The notes under the pieces: generated by a model
Database searches by the model: none
What the model saw: the letters and a program-made list of their open reading frames with translations, nothing else
What the model was told of the DNA's origin: nothing
Shown here: positions 53,990 to 64,000 of the stretch, one piece after another
Numbering within the stretch: the first letter of the stretch is position 1
Layout of the letters: each line of letters starts with the position of its first letter
Assembly: GCA_027923505.1 (NCBI GenBank)
Contig: BROI01000014.1
Span: 310,001-374,000 of the forward strand
From: Mayamaea pseudoterrestris
Lineage: Eukaryota
DNA: 64,000 nucleotides
Direction of reading: 5' to 3'
Translations under genes and position numbers: made by a program

Positions 53990-54749
53990 GGCAGCAGTTT
54001 TAGAAAGAAGGCGACCGTGAATCGGAGTCGCAGACTGCTGGTCCGCTTCGTCAGTTGCATGATTTGATGCATTTGTTTCTTTCTTATGGCTCCGTTCAAT
54101 CAAGCCTTCCAGTTCCAACGGCTGCATTTCCTGATTGGCAGCAGTTCGCCATGGTGGTGGTGCAGATGAAGTGCGAGGCGTTTGTCAGACCAAAGCAGTA
54201 TCGCAGCGGTTCTCAGCTCTCTCAAAGATCAGCTCGCACAATAGGTTTATCGCCGCTATGTTGAGTATACCGAGACAACATATAGCATTTTACTTTGCAG
54301 GTTAGTAATTCGTTTGGTAGATAGTGGCGAATATGGTCTCGAACAAGGCATTGCATCAACACGTGACTGAAGCTGCGACACCCAACTGGCGACGGATCGC
54401 GAGAACTTGAGTACCGATACCTTTGAGTCACGAGCTCAAGATTTCGTCCGCCGCAATCGTGATGATCGCATTGCATCGACCATGGACCTTGGCTGTTCCA
54501 ACACTGGCATGCACAACGCAGCTCATTGCCAGCGACGAGCAAAAGAAGAGGAAAAAGCTTCTTGCCAGTGACAAGGTACGAAACGATTTATTGTTGCGAA
54601 TTGAAAGCAGCAGAGATCCTGTTGTTTGTCATCGCATTCTTGCTACCGGTAGCTGCTTGCCCAACTAACATCCTTTTCAATAAAATACCCGCCACTCCAT
54701 TGTCCTTAACACTTGAATACAGTTTCCAAGGTAGTTGAATTTCAAGACA

Positions 54750-55500
54750 ATGCTCCCCGTCAATCACCCATCCCCTACTCGCGTACTCTCGGAGAATAAG
54801 CGTACCGCCAGCAACAATGACGGCGACGAATCCACTCCCGACTGGCTCACGACGTTTGACTTTTCAGCTAGCGAGTCTGCTAACGACTACCAATACGTCG
54901 ATGGAGTTGCCGAGAGCGAAGTGAGTCATCCGTTTATGCAAGTTTGCAAGACCGCGCTACCGCATCTTTTTACCGGCGTATCGACGTCGACCAATCCATG
55001 CAAGTGCACCAAGACTCGTTGCTTGAAGCTCTACTGCAACTGTTTCGCAAAAGGAAAAGTATGCGACACATCGCAATGCAAATGTGCGGGCAAATGCGCC
55101 AATGTCTTTGGGTCGTCGGAACGGGAGTATGCCATTGCGGACGCTTGGAGCAAGGCTCGAATGAAGCAAGACTTTCAAGGCCGACGAAAGCGGACAGCGG
55201 TAGAGCCGGGAAACTGTCGCTGCATCAAGTCTCGGTACGTCAATCAAATCCCTGCCCTACTACTTCTGTTCATGTAAGCAAATATAGTTACAGTTTCATT
55301 CTCGCAGCTGCCTCCAGAAATACTGTGCATGCTTCGCCGACGGTACAACATGCTCGCTGAACTGCTTCTGCCAGAACTGCGCAAACACTGTTCCTGATGA
55401 CACTTTTAGTCCACTTCCAAATGATACTCTTGCATTTTCAAGTACCATGCAGGACTCGAACGAAAAAGATCAAGTGTTTGGAACCTCAGTCGGTGTTTGA
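54750..55500 (+). CDS. Tesmin/TSO1-like CXC (CRC) domain protein, 2 exons
   Basis: CKCTKTRCLKLYCNCFAKGKVC...CKC...CAN, and across intron 55235-55307 CRCIKSRCLQKYCACFADGTTCSLNCFCQNCAN. TGA at 55498-55500. Confidence 0.9.
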
Positions 55501-55647
55501 TGGCCCGCGTCGCATTTACATCTGCCGCTTGTGTGAGTTGCATTTTACCAGTAATTACGGACAAATATATCTGTAACAATCATGATATATAAAATCTAGT
55601 ATTATCCAAGCAAAACCAAGGTTAGAACCTCTCTTACGCACAACTTT

Positions 55648-57061
55648 TTACCACATCGGGCGACCTTCCATCAAAAATCGACGGCCCGCCCCTCTTGACG
55701 ACGATGAACCCGATGTTTCGGTATCACCGCCCTTTCCTCTTGTAATCTTTTGCATTGCCAATCGCGATGGTTTTTGTTCTTCCGCGCTCTTGCTCTTTTT
55801 CTTGGGGAGTGCCTTGCTTACCTTGGCGCTCGATGATTGTGGTATGGCTCGTGGTGTCGGCGATGGAGTCGCGACTACCTCAGGCTCCAGGCAAGCGGTA
55901 GGGGCAGCCGTGTTGCTCGTCATTAGATGCCGCCTTCGGAAGCCGCCGGTAGACGATGATGCACTGCCTGACGATGAATGAATTGGAAGTGGCTCATTTA
56001 CTGGAGGACATCCAGTGATCGGAGGTGACGCCGTTGGAGGTCGTGCGACAGGGGCAATGGTTGGCGCTTCCGTCTCCTCTGGCGCGACGGGAGCACTTGT
56101 TTTCGCAGGGATCGTTGGAGCTTCTGTAGTTTCTGGTGGTGATGGTGCTTTCGTTGTCGTTCCTTCCGTCGGTGCTCCAGTCGGTGCTTCGGTTGTCGTC
56201 TCCTCTGTGGGTGCCTCAGTGTTTGTTGCCTCTGTTGGCGCTTCAGTCGGTGATTCGGTCGGTGCATTTGTTGGTGCTTCTGTTGTAGTTCCTTCCGTCG
56301 GTGTGTTCGTAGGAGACACTGTGGGTTCTTCAGTTGTTGCACTTTCTGTTGGTGCCTCTGTTGGCATGCCCGTTGACGGCGCCCGAGTCGTGGCGATAGG
56401 TGCTTCGGTGGGAGCAGGTCCAACCGCAGGACAAAGGAATTGCGGAGGATCACCAAGATCAGTCTGTGGCGGCAATAGAAGAAAGTGCGTTAGCCATATC
56501 GTAAAAATGATTAATTTTCGGAAATCTCATCGCACTTACAAACTCGGTCCATCCAATTTGCTGTCCGACTTCAAGCAAAGGGAAAACGCCACAATCATTG
56601 TCGTAAACAATGGCCCAGAAGTTAACAAGATCTTGTTCCGCAGCGTTGCGTCCGGTCAGAAAAACTTGTATGCCTTTTGGAATTGAAGTCGAGTTCAGTT
56701 TATTGGGTTGCGTTTGGGTAATAGAGGAGTAGCTAAATGTTGCGCCATTCACAAAGTTGTCCTCAAGCGTGGTCTGAAAGATGACCTGCAGGTTCTGGTC
56801 GAGTTCCAGAATCTGCACTTGGCTGACTCGCACTGGAACAAGGTCCGTCACATTTTCATTGCCAGAGGGGTTGAGAACGCAAGCAGTGTCCACAATTCCA
56901 GGGTCTCCGGGTCGAACATCCCGATCGGCGCAGACCAAGTCAAAATTGAGCTTAAAGGAATACGTCGCTGGCTGACAGGCGCAGGTAGCGACCCCAATGT
57001 CTTGAGCTTGAGTTCCTAGAAGAAGCGCCGACAGCGCCAACATGAGAGTAAAAGCTGACAT
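55648..57061 (-). CDS. Secreted protein: Cys-containing globular N-domain, PTEAP mucin-like repeats, Ser/Lys-rich tail with two RXL sites, 2 exons
   Basis: Signal MSAFTLMLALSALLLGTQA. Intron 56539-56464 (GTAAGT...CCACAG) gives GWTEF-TDLGDPP. Tail GGFRRRHLM and GAGRRFLM. Confidence 0.85.
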
Positions 57062-57590
57062 ATTGATCGGATAATTGTATGTAGTTTGGAGAAGCGTGGA
57101 CCTTCGGAGATTGTCGATGTCTCGCGGCTCAATATTCTTGCAGCTAAGGGTAAAGCGTTTGTTACGAACAGTATGCTTGGAGATCAATCAATGAAGATTG
57201 AGTGGGAAGGGCTCACCACGATTTGGACCAGCAAATTTCTACAAGGAGCTCATTCTTCTTTGATGCACAATATTGGCAACGGTTCGACATGAGCGACAGG
57301 TAAGCAGTGTCACGATTTTGTGGGGCATCATCAAAAATTGAATATTCGGCCGGCTCGCATGCTTGCTTCGTGCGCCAGCCAATTATCACTTAACAGGACA
57401 CGTTTCACTTTTAGCCATTTTAGCCAATCACTTTACAAGATTGACTCTGCCCGACGCGCAAGCGGGGCGATCCTCAAGTTTGGCAACAACACGGTTTCCA
57501 TGCTCGTCGGTTGAATGCACTTCAACCGACATGACAGCCCATTCAACTGATCACGGCTAGAACGAATCATGCACACACCACTCCGTTACC

Positions 57591-59603
57591 ATGACGACCA
57601 TGGAGAGGCACGGCTGCTTTGTGTTTCACGTAGAGGGGCAAGCACCGGTGCCTGTTCGTTCACAGCCATCCACAAACGATGCCTTTATTGTGCCATCTTT
57701 GTCATTTTCACCTGGCGAACTTTTAGCGGCGGACCTCATTCGATCGGCCGCTGATTCAAAAACCTCATTCCTTCGGCTCGCTGATGGGACAGGATGGATA
57801 TTGCAACAAGATGAAACGCTAAGACCGCTCTACGTAGAGTCTGATCTCTACATGCTCGTGGTCGATCACTTTCCAGCTGGACTCACAGCTCGTCGTCATC
57901 CAAGTGATCGAGACGATTTCCGAATGGAAGCAAAGTCATTTCGACCTCTTGAGAAAATATACTGCGATAAAAAAGTCACCCATCCAGAGACAAGCTGCAA
58001 CTATTATCGGCTACAAGGGTCGGGCTGCTGGGTCTTTGATCGAAAGTTTGACCCGGAGAGAAAGGCATTCGATTCGACTCTTTTAGAGGATCATCACGTT
58101 ACATCTGGCATGTTTGTCTACGTGGCGCTACGTACTATTTCGATACGAAGCATCCCTACGTTTCACCAAGACTTCAAATTGGGTTTGGACATCCAAAAAG
58201 GCGAACTCGTTATGATAAATATTGTGCGCGATTCACCACACGGTCCCTGGCTGAGACTTGCGTGTGGAACTGGTTGGGTGCCTGAAGCAAATGGACGCAA
58301 GTCCAACTTTGAGCAAGTCGTTGTCGAAAGCAGTCTTTGGAGCTTTCGCATTCTAAATCATCCCATCGGTATCCAGCTACGATCTCACCCCCTCGACGAG
58401 AGGGATGAAAAGCTAGTTCCAAAGAAAGCTTTTGAAGATCGCGAGCAATTGGATTTTCCCAAGCTACCAGCATTATTTGAGCCCGAAACCATTGTAGAAT
58501 GCGATAAGCGAATAACGTCGCCAACCTCAGGGGTGAGCTGGTATCGAGTTGTTGGTACAAAGGGATGGATTTTTGATCGCAGAAACGGCAAACCGACAAT
58601 CGAAACGTACAAGAAGTCGAGCAGGAGGCTTCAAGAGCTATCGGACATTCACTGGACTGTTGAGTATATTCGCGGCATGGCGGCCATGATTGAAAATATG
58701 CAGGAGATAAGACACAACGACTCAGATCACGTGATTCTATTTCAAAAAGGCGAGCTTCAAATTAAAATATGGTACAAGATACGTACGGTCACGGTGTTTG
58801 TGGATCGTCCAAAGCAAGGTCGCATACAAATTTCGCGAAAGGATTGCTCGAAGGAAGATCTTACTTTAATCATGAAAAATCCGAAAAATCTAATGACAGA
58901 TGGCGCAAATCCACGGCATCCAACCAGCCCACGAAGCGCGGCCGAATTTGATCGACATGCTAGTAGGAATAAAGTCGAGGACGAATCTGACAAGGAAGGC
59001 GACGAAGCAAATTCACCACTCCAAGATAGGATGCGACGCAAAAAGACGGCATTGATGAAGTATGGGGCACGGTACCACACACCGCATGTCTCCCCGATGA
59101 AGTCAATGGATGAGTCCCAAATTGCTATTAAAGGATTGCGGCAATGTGAAGACTCCTTATACTCGCGGGATTCTGGTCTTGTTGTGAGAGTCCCATCTGA
59201 TCAGTCTGTGAGCTGCTCGATTGCCACTGCAAGAGAACCCGTTAAGAAGCAGCATCGGCCTCGCACAGAAGACTTTCTTGTGAACCGCACTGCCACCGTC
59301 TCTTATGAAGACGAAATTGAAAGTCGACAGGATCTTTTAGTGTTGGAGAAGGAAATTATGCTGTTACTTGATGGAAGGCAACGATTAATCGATGCCCTTC
59401 ATGCGACCGATTTACAGCGGTCTGAGGAAGCGCAGCAACTTCAGCAGCAGAGCGAGGTTATTTTAAAGAAATTGGAACCTCTTGTTGACCCAGGTTTTGC
59501 ATTTTGGGGCTCTGGTTTTGGTACATGGAGGTGTGACAAGTGCGGCGAAGAGTGCTCAGACCGACACGGCTTGTCGCAACACGTTGCGTCGACCGGACAC
59601 TAG
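57591..59603 (+). CDS. Four SH3b-like domain protein with coiled coil and C-terminal C2H2 zinc finger (paralogue B)
   Basis: FLRLADGTGWI, YYRLQGSGCWVFDRK, WLRLACGTGWV and WYRVVGTKGWIFDRR. Also WTVEYIRGMA. Ends WRCDKCGEECSDRHGLSQHVASTGH. Confidence 0.8.
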   Translation: MTTMERHGCFVFHVEGQAPVPVRSQPSTNDAFIVPSLSFSPGELLAADLIRSAADSKTSFLRLADGTGWILQQDETLRPLYVESDLYMLVVDHFPAGLTARRHPSDRDDFRMEAKSFRPLEKIYCDKKVTHPETSCNYYRLQGSGCWVFDRKFDPERKAFDSTLLEDHHVTSGMFVYVALRTISIRSIPTFHQDFKLGLDIQKGELVMINIVRDSPHGPWLRLACGTGWVPEANGRKSNFEQVVVESSLWSFRILNHPIGIQLRSHPLDERDEKLVPKKAFEDREQLDFPKLPALFEPETIVECDKRITSPTSGVSWYRVVGTKGWIFDRRNGKPTIETYKKSSRRLQELSDIHWTVEYIRGMAAMIENMQEIRHNDSDHVILFQKGELQIKIWYKIRTVTVFVDRPKQGRIQISRKDCSKEDLTLIMKNPKNLMTDGANPRHPTSPRSAAEFDRHASRNKVEDESDKEGDEANSPLQDRMRRKKTALMKYGARYHTPHVSPMKSMDESQIAIKGLRQCEDSLYSRDSGLVVRVPSDQSVSCSIATAREPVKKQHRPRTEDFLVNRTATVSYEDEIESRQDLLVLEKEIMLLLDGRQRLIDALHATDLQRSEEAQQLQQQSEVILKKLEPLVDPGFAFWGSGFGTWRCDKCGEECSDRHGLSQHVASTGH

Positions 59604-59817
59604 ATATATCGAGAGTAATAGTGTATATCATACCATAATATATTAAAGTATACAAACGAATACTCTGGTGACAAAATTATCTTTAGTTAGATTGAAACGT
59701 TAACTCGTGCGCTCCGCTCTCACAAGAGGAGCAAGCTCGTGCAATGGAGCAGGAAGGGTTAGAGCTCAGGCGCATTCTTAACGACCACCATTGCTGATTT
59801 GAGTAGAAAATGTGACG

Positions 59818-62277
59818 CTAACTTAAACTGTCATTCTCAGACAGCCTATTTAGCCTATGATACACGAGAGGGTAGGTCTGACACAAGCTCTGGGGATGTT
59901 GAGCGAATGAGATGTAAATACTTTTCACGGCCGCCCGAATAGGTTCCATGACAGTGAACAAAAGAGTATAGGAGAGGACAAAGCTGAGAAAAAAGTTCTC
60001 AGCTATATGGAGGCTGGTGAATTCAGCCTTTGATTTGAGCTGGTGAACCATGATGAAATGTGTAAGTACAACAATTATTCCAGCCAGGCTGCCACCAACG
60101 CAGGCACACATGTGCGTTGAAATGTCACTGTGAATGATTTGCTCAACCCCAGACTCTTCAATAATCAGTGAAACGTCGCGAGCCGCAATGTGGTAGCTCT
60201 TGTAGTACGCAGCGACGTGGCACATAGGCAGATCCGAAAAGCGGCTAATAAAACCCCTTGATGCATTGCTGAGTGCACCTCCTACTCTCGATAAGATAGT
60301 TGCATTACGTCGCCCAACATGCATGCCCTGAAAACCCGCTTGTCCGGTCTGGACCATGATTGATCGTGCAACATCAATCTTGCGAACTTGACTCCAAACA
60401 AATTGTGCAAGTCCTCCCAACAATCCACACTGCACTACAGATCCAAACGAGACTGTCAAGCCTGCCATTATAAATCCCTTGACGGTTGACAAAGTTTGTT
60501 GCGCTGATGCAGGCTGCTGCTGTGTGCGATGAAAGGGATCAAGCCGATGATCGAAATGCGACGTTTCTAATTCAGCCTCGTCAACTTCAAAGTCATCCTC
60601 CAACGCATCATCAATGTCGAGCACTGATTGATAGACTGAAGCGTCAACGGATCGATAAGCTTCTGGAATATTAGAGTCCTTTCGGTCGTGTCCAGCATTT
60701 GCGCCAGTTTCTGTGCTTCCGTTAGCGGCACTTTCAAGTGCATTTGCACTATCCTTAGCATTTTCCTGTTCCATTGCTGGCTGCGGCAGTTGCCGCGCCT
60801 GCTCCATGAACCAGCACAAGACGCCACCTGATGCCAAGTGACTCAGCATGCGCGCCACTGTCCCCGTTGCCCACTTGCCGGCAATTAACACCAATACAGT
60901 CGCTGCTAGTTGCGACATTGATTCCAATCCTAGCACTCGCAGCAGCGCAGACCACCACAACCATAGAAGCATCCATTGGACAGCTAGCAGTGCCACCAAT
61001 GCCCGATAGAAGCTTCTTCGTCGCAGACTCCTCGACAATACTTCCAACGCCATGCATAAAAGTGCTTGGAAAAAAGCGTGTCGACTCGACAGAGTCGTCA
61101 CATAGTTCGAATCATGCATTGATGGCAATGAATTAGCATTGGCATATCCAAGATTCGCACTTCCAGCAGCATGATTGCGCCGCCTTTGACTCTGCATCCA
61201 CTCGAGCGCCGGCGTATTGTCCTGCCGCAGAATGTATGCGAGGCTGGCAACGCAGGTTACGAATCGCGCCAGTGGCTGCGGCAAGGCCCACCACAGAAAG
61301 CCAGCCGCGATGCAGGTCGTTGCCACCGCCGCCACGGGAGCAAGCCGCGTCAGCGTGTTGACCATGTAGTTCAGATCGAAGCGTGTCTTGTAGTCAAGCA
61401 GTTGCAGTAGGATGACAAGGCTTGCTGCCGGAGTAACATTGCCCGAAATGATGGACGTTATTCCAGCTGGAGCAGTTCCTTCACCATCTCTTGTCAAGTA
61501 CAAGACTCGACTGAGTAGAAAGGCTGCCACGGCGCTCCAAACAAGTGCATGCAGACTGGCCGTCGACAAGGGATGCTGTGCAAGCGGCGATTGCGGCGGC
61601 GACGCAGCGAACTTAAACGGACCCAACAAACCAATTGGAACAATGCAGAAGAACGCAACCGCCCAAGCAATGTCTCGAGGCTTTTTGGGAATAGTCTTTG
61701 GTCGAGCTTTTAGTCGAATGGCCATTGCAGCAGTGGCATTGCTTATGTTAATTGAGAGATGATTGCCCTCCGTTTCGAGTGATGTAATGCGAGCAAACTG
61801 AGTCTTTTGCGGCGGCGAATCGGATGAGCTAGAGTCATTGTAATTTATATTAATACTCTCATCAATCTCTTCGCCTTCCTCTCCAAGTAGCGTCAATGAA
61901 GGAACTTGAAGATGATTGTTGTTTAGCAGTAATCCAGCAGGAAAATCTACTCCATGCAGTGCAGCATCATGTGCCAGCGACAGTCGATTCGTCGTCGCTG
62001 CCACCGCCACTAGCGACCTTGGAGCTGCTTCCGGCGTTTCAGCAATGTCATGGGCTTCGTCCAGGTCCAAAGTGGCGTCGGCAAAGAACGGGGATGAATG
62101 ATTTCCGTAGCTGTATTGACTGTGACTTCGATTGGAATGATCGTCCATCTGCAGCGAGTTGACATTGGTATTGCTGTTCACTGGCGTTAGCAAGTCAGGT
62201 TGAAAATTAATGGAGCTTTCCTCAAAACCAATCAAGTCATTCTCAGTAGTGTCCGTAGATGGTGAAGTTTCCGCCAT
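59818..62277 (-). CDS. Choline transporter-like (CTL/SLC44/PNS1) family membrane protein
   Basis: PRDIAWAVAF, GLTVSFGSVVQCGLL, VAAYYKSYHIAARD and AVKSIYISFAQHP, with multiple TMs. Start at MAETS 62277. Confidence 0.8.
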   Translation of the reverse strand: MAETSPSTDTTENDLIGFEESSINFQPDLLTPVNSNTNVNSLQMDDHSNRSHSQYSYGNHSSPFFADATLDLDEAHDIAETPEAAPRSLVAVAATTNRLSLAHDAALHGVDFPAGLLLNNNHLQVPSLTLLGEEGEEIDESININYNDSSSSDSPPQKTQFARITSLETEGNHLSINISNATAAMAIRLKARPKTIPKKPRDIAWAVAFFCIVPIGLLGPFKFAASPPQSPLAQHPLSTASLHALVWSAVAAFLLSRVLYLTRDGEGTAPAGITSIISGNVTPAASLVILLQLLDYKTRFDLNYMVNTLTRLAPVAAVATTCIAAGFLWWALPQPLARFVTCVASLAYILRQDNTPALEWMQSQRRRNHAAGSANLGYANANSLPSMHDSNYVTTLSSRHAFFQALLCMALEVLSRSLRRRSFYRALVALLAVQWMLLWLWWSALLRVLGLESMSQLAATVLVLIAGKWATGTVARMLSHLASGGVLCWFMEQARQLPQPAMEQENAKDSANALESAANGSTETGANAGHDRKDSNIPEAYRSVDASVYQSVLDIDDALEDDFEVDEAELETSHFDHRLDPFHRTQQQPASAQQTLSTVKGFIMAGLTVSFGSVVQCGLLGGLAQFVWSQVRKIDVARSIMVQTGQAGFQGMHVGRRNATILSRVGGALSNASRGFISRFSDLPMCHVAAYYKSYHIAARDVSLIIEESGVEQIIHSDISTHMCACVGGSLAGIIVVLTHFIMVHQLKSKAEFTSLHIAENFFLSFVLSYTLLFTVMEPIRAAVKSIYISFAQHPQSLCQTYPLVYHRLNRLSENDSLS

Positions 62278-62492
62278 GGTGCGTGTGACAGAGACAAAAA
62301 AGTGGAAACTGCCATGGTGGCGAGGCAAGACGAGGTGTGACGCTTGTCTGTCCGTCCCTCTGGCACTTAGGCGTGTTTGAAAACTCACGTACGACATGGA
62401 AAGCGCGACTGACGGCGATCGGCCATGGCGCGCCATTTCCGTCGTCATTTTCGTTCCAAGCTCCAAGCGCTCAACCCGTTCATATTCCTACG

Positions 62493-63230
62493 ATGCAAGA
62501 CCAAGAAAAACATCAACAGAAACCACAGCAACAAAATCATAAACATGGAGTGCCTCCAGATGGCATGGAATGTCTCTGTACGATGGAAGACATTACGGAA
62601 GAGAATTATGGTGAGTATGCATGTACATAGGATTTTTGCTCATGACAGCTGGCGACGATGAGTGATGCTTGTTGTCGGTGCAAGGAGACTGAGAGTATTA
62701 TATGTAATGCTGCAAAGAGGCCCTCCTATTCTTGTCATCTGCGCGACTTTTAAACCTCATTGGCCATCAATTCTTCCTTCATTCTCAATCTGTTTTTCCA
62801 TCCTCGCTCTTTCAAATAATACGTAGTTGAATACCAATCCTACCCCAGCCTCAAATGGTCACCGGCACTGTATGAGCAGTCAGTCGTGGAGGAATTGCTC
62901 AAGACGCAGTTTCACGACTACGTGCAACGACTTGGAACAAGCAACTGTCAAGCCGAGCTACGACGCATGCTTGGCAAGGGACCACCCATTTATATAGAAG
63001 ATGTTAACGCATTGCCACTACCAGATGGCGATGAGTATATATGTCAGTTATACTACAGTTCCGATGGTCAGGAGCGATCGGCCATGCTGGATGGAGCCGT
63101 GCAAGGAGACGAACGACAAGCTCTTTGGGACGAGCTCAAGCGATTCATTGTAGTGGAAGGCAAGGAAGAAGGAGATGATGATGACGACGAAGAGAATGGA
63201 TATGTCAATAATGATAACAATAAGAGATGA
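62493..63230 (+). CDS. Hypothetical protein, 2 exons
   Basis: Exon 1 62493-62610, intron 62611-62826 (GTGAGT...ACGTAG) joining CLCTMEDITEENY-VEYQSYPSLKW...CQAELRRMLGKGPP. Confidence 0.75.
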
Positions 63231-63320
63231 TTATTACAAGACGTGTCATGTTTATGCGACTACAATTAACGTAGCTGCGTCATGAATAATGCACCACTAC
63301 CAGTGGCAGCAGTAGCAACA

Positions 63321-64000
63321 TTACACCACTGACAAGCAGTCGCCTTGCTGCACTAGCAATCCGGACATGCCTCGTAAGCTAACTTGCTTCAACAAGTCCA
63401 TCATGGTTGACGACATGCTACGAAAACATGCCTGCATTTGCTTTTGCAGCGACGATTGAATGACCTTTTTCGTGCCACGTTCGAGTACATCCACAACAAT
63501 CTTGTGCTGATCGTACAGCCACCACCTGCTGTTGGAGCTGCTGCCCTTGTCTACTGCAATAGAAGTACGTGCTGCAGTAGTTTCCTCTCGCCCAGTACTA
63601 GAAAAGAAGGCTTCCAGTTCCTTCCACATGGTTCGAAAGTAGGCGTTCCAAAGCTCCGCCACGACTATCCGCTTGACCATCTTGTAGCAATGCGGCAAGA
63701 CTGTATCCATAACATAGACACGAGCGTTTCCGTCTAGAACTATACTCGTCAGGGGCGTCAATAGCTCGCCAAGACTCATGCCAGGCTTGATCCAGGCCAA
63801 CCAATACAAGCTCATGCTTGTCGACACAACTTGCTCCCATGTAAAGAACGACATGACGGAACTACTGCCGAAACTAGTCGTCGCAACCAGCAAAAGCATT
63901 CCTCCCGTAATTCCCCAAAAGATGACTTGCTTTGCCGATCGTGGAGTTTGCTTCTGTCTCGTTGAATTGCTTGTTTCAAGCAAGGCTTGCTCCTCGCTGC
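63321..64000 (-). CDS. Hypothetical membrane-associated protein, 5' end beyond the window
   Basis: Frame is open to the window edge. Hydrophobic segment VIFWGITGGMLLLVATTSF. Confidence 0.6.
   Translation of the reverse strand, partial: SEEQALLETSNSTRQKQTPRSAKQVIFWGITGGMLLLVATTSFGSSSVMSFFTWEQVVSTSMSLYWLAWIKPGMSLGELLTPLTSIVLDGNARVYVMDTVLPHCYKMVKRIVVAELWNAYFRTMWKELEAFFSSTGREETTAARTSIAVDKGSSSNSRWWLYDQHKIVVDVLERGTKKVIQSSLQKQMQACFRSMSSTMMDLLKQVSLRGMSGLLVQQGDCLSVV

Noticed and set aside
56015..56686. 223-aa VGAS-repeat + strand ORF
   Set aside because: Antisense shadow of the PTEAP repeats; it starts at a non-ATG codon.
1..64000. tRNA, rRNA, snRNA genes, telomeric repeats, intact transposons
   Set aside because: None recognised by eye; a tRNAscan/Infernal/RepeatModeler run is needed to exclude them formally.

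Overview
Gene-dense eukaryotic nuclear DNA, most likely from a diatom (photosynthetic stramenopile). The evidence is short GT-AG introns (67-216 nt), bipartite signal+'AF' plastid-targeting leaders, RXL propeptide motifs and families typical of diatoms; I cannot name the species. About 32 protein genes are present. Recognisable ones: a plastid PDZ-ferredoxin fusion, M17 leucyl aminopeptidase, eIF3L, a synergin-gamma-like adaptor, a PPR protein, a UvrD/PcrA helicase, PRORP, a 7-exon monomeric NADP-IDH with a 10-nt micro-exon, a rhomboid protease, an atypical mitochondrial carrier, two sulfotransferase-like proteins, a tesmin CXC protein, EamA and CTL/SLC44 transporters, and a YqaJ-type nuclease. 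The most promising uncharacterised items are: (i) three RXL-bearing extracellular proteins, one with a 35-aa Trp/Gly/Asp/Cys repeat array plus GPI-like signal and one with a silaffin-like tail; (ii) an HDEL-terminated COG4976-type methyltransferase head-to-head with a signal-peptide BTB protein; (iii) a tandem pair of type II membrane beta-propeller proteins preceded by a CpG-decayed GCGAAGC mini-hairpin repeat; (iv) a paralogous pair of 4xSH3b-like proteins; (v) a mitochondrial carrier with a charge-reversed matrix-gate motif. I found no CRISPR array, RNA gene or intact transposon. All family calls come from motif recognition by eye, not database searches, and exon structures are inferred from splice signals and frame continuity.
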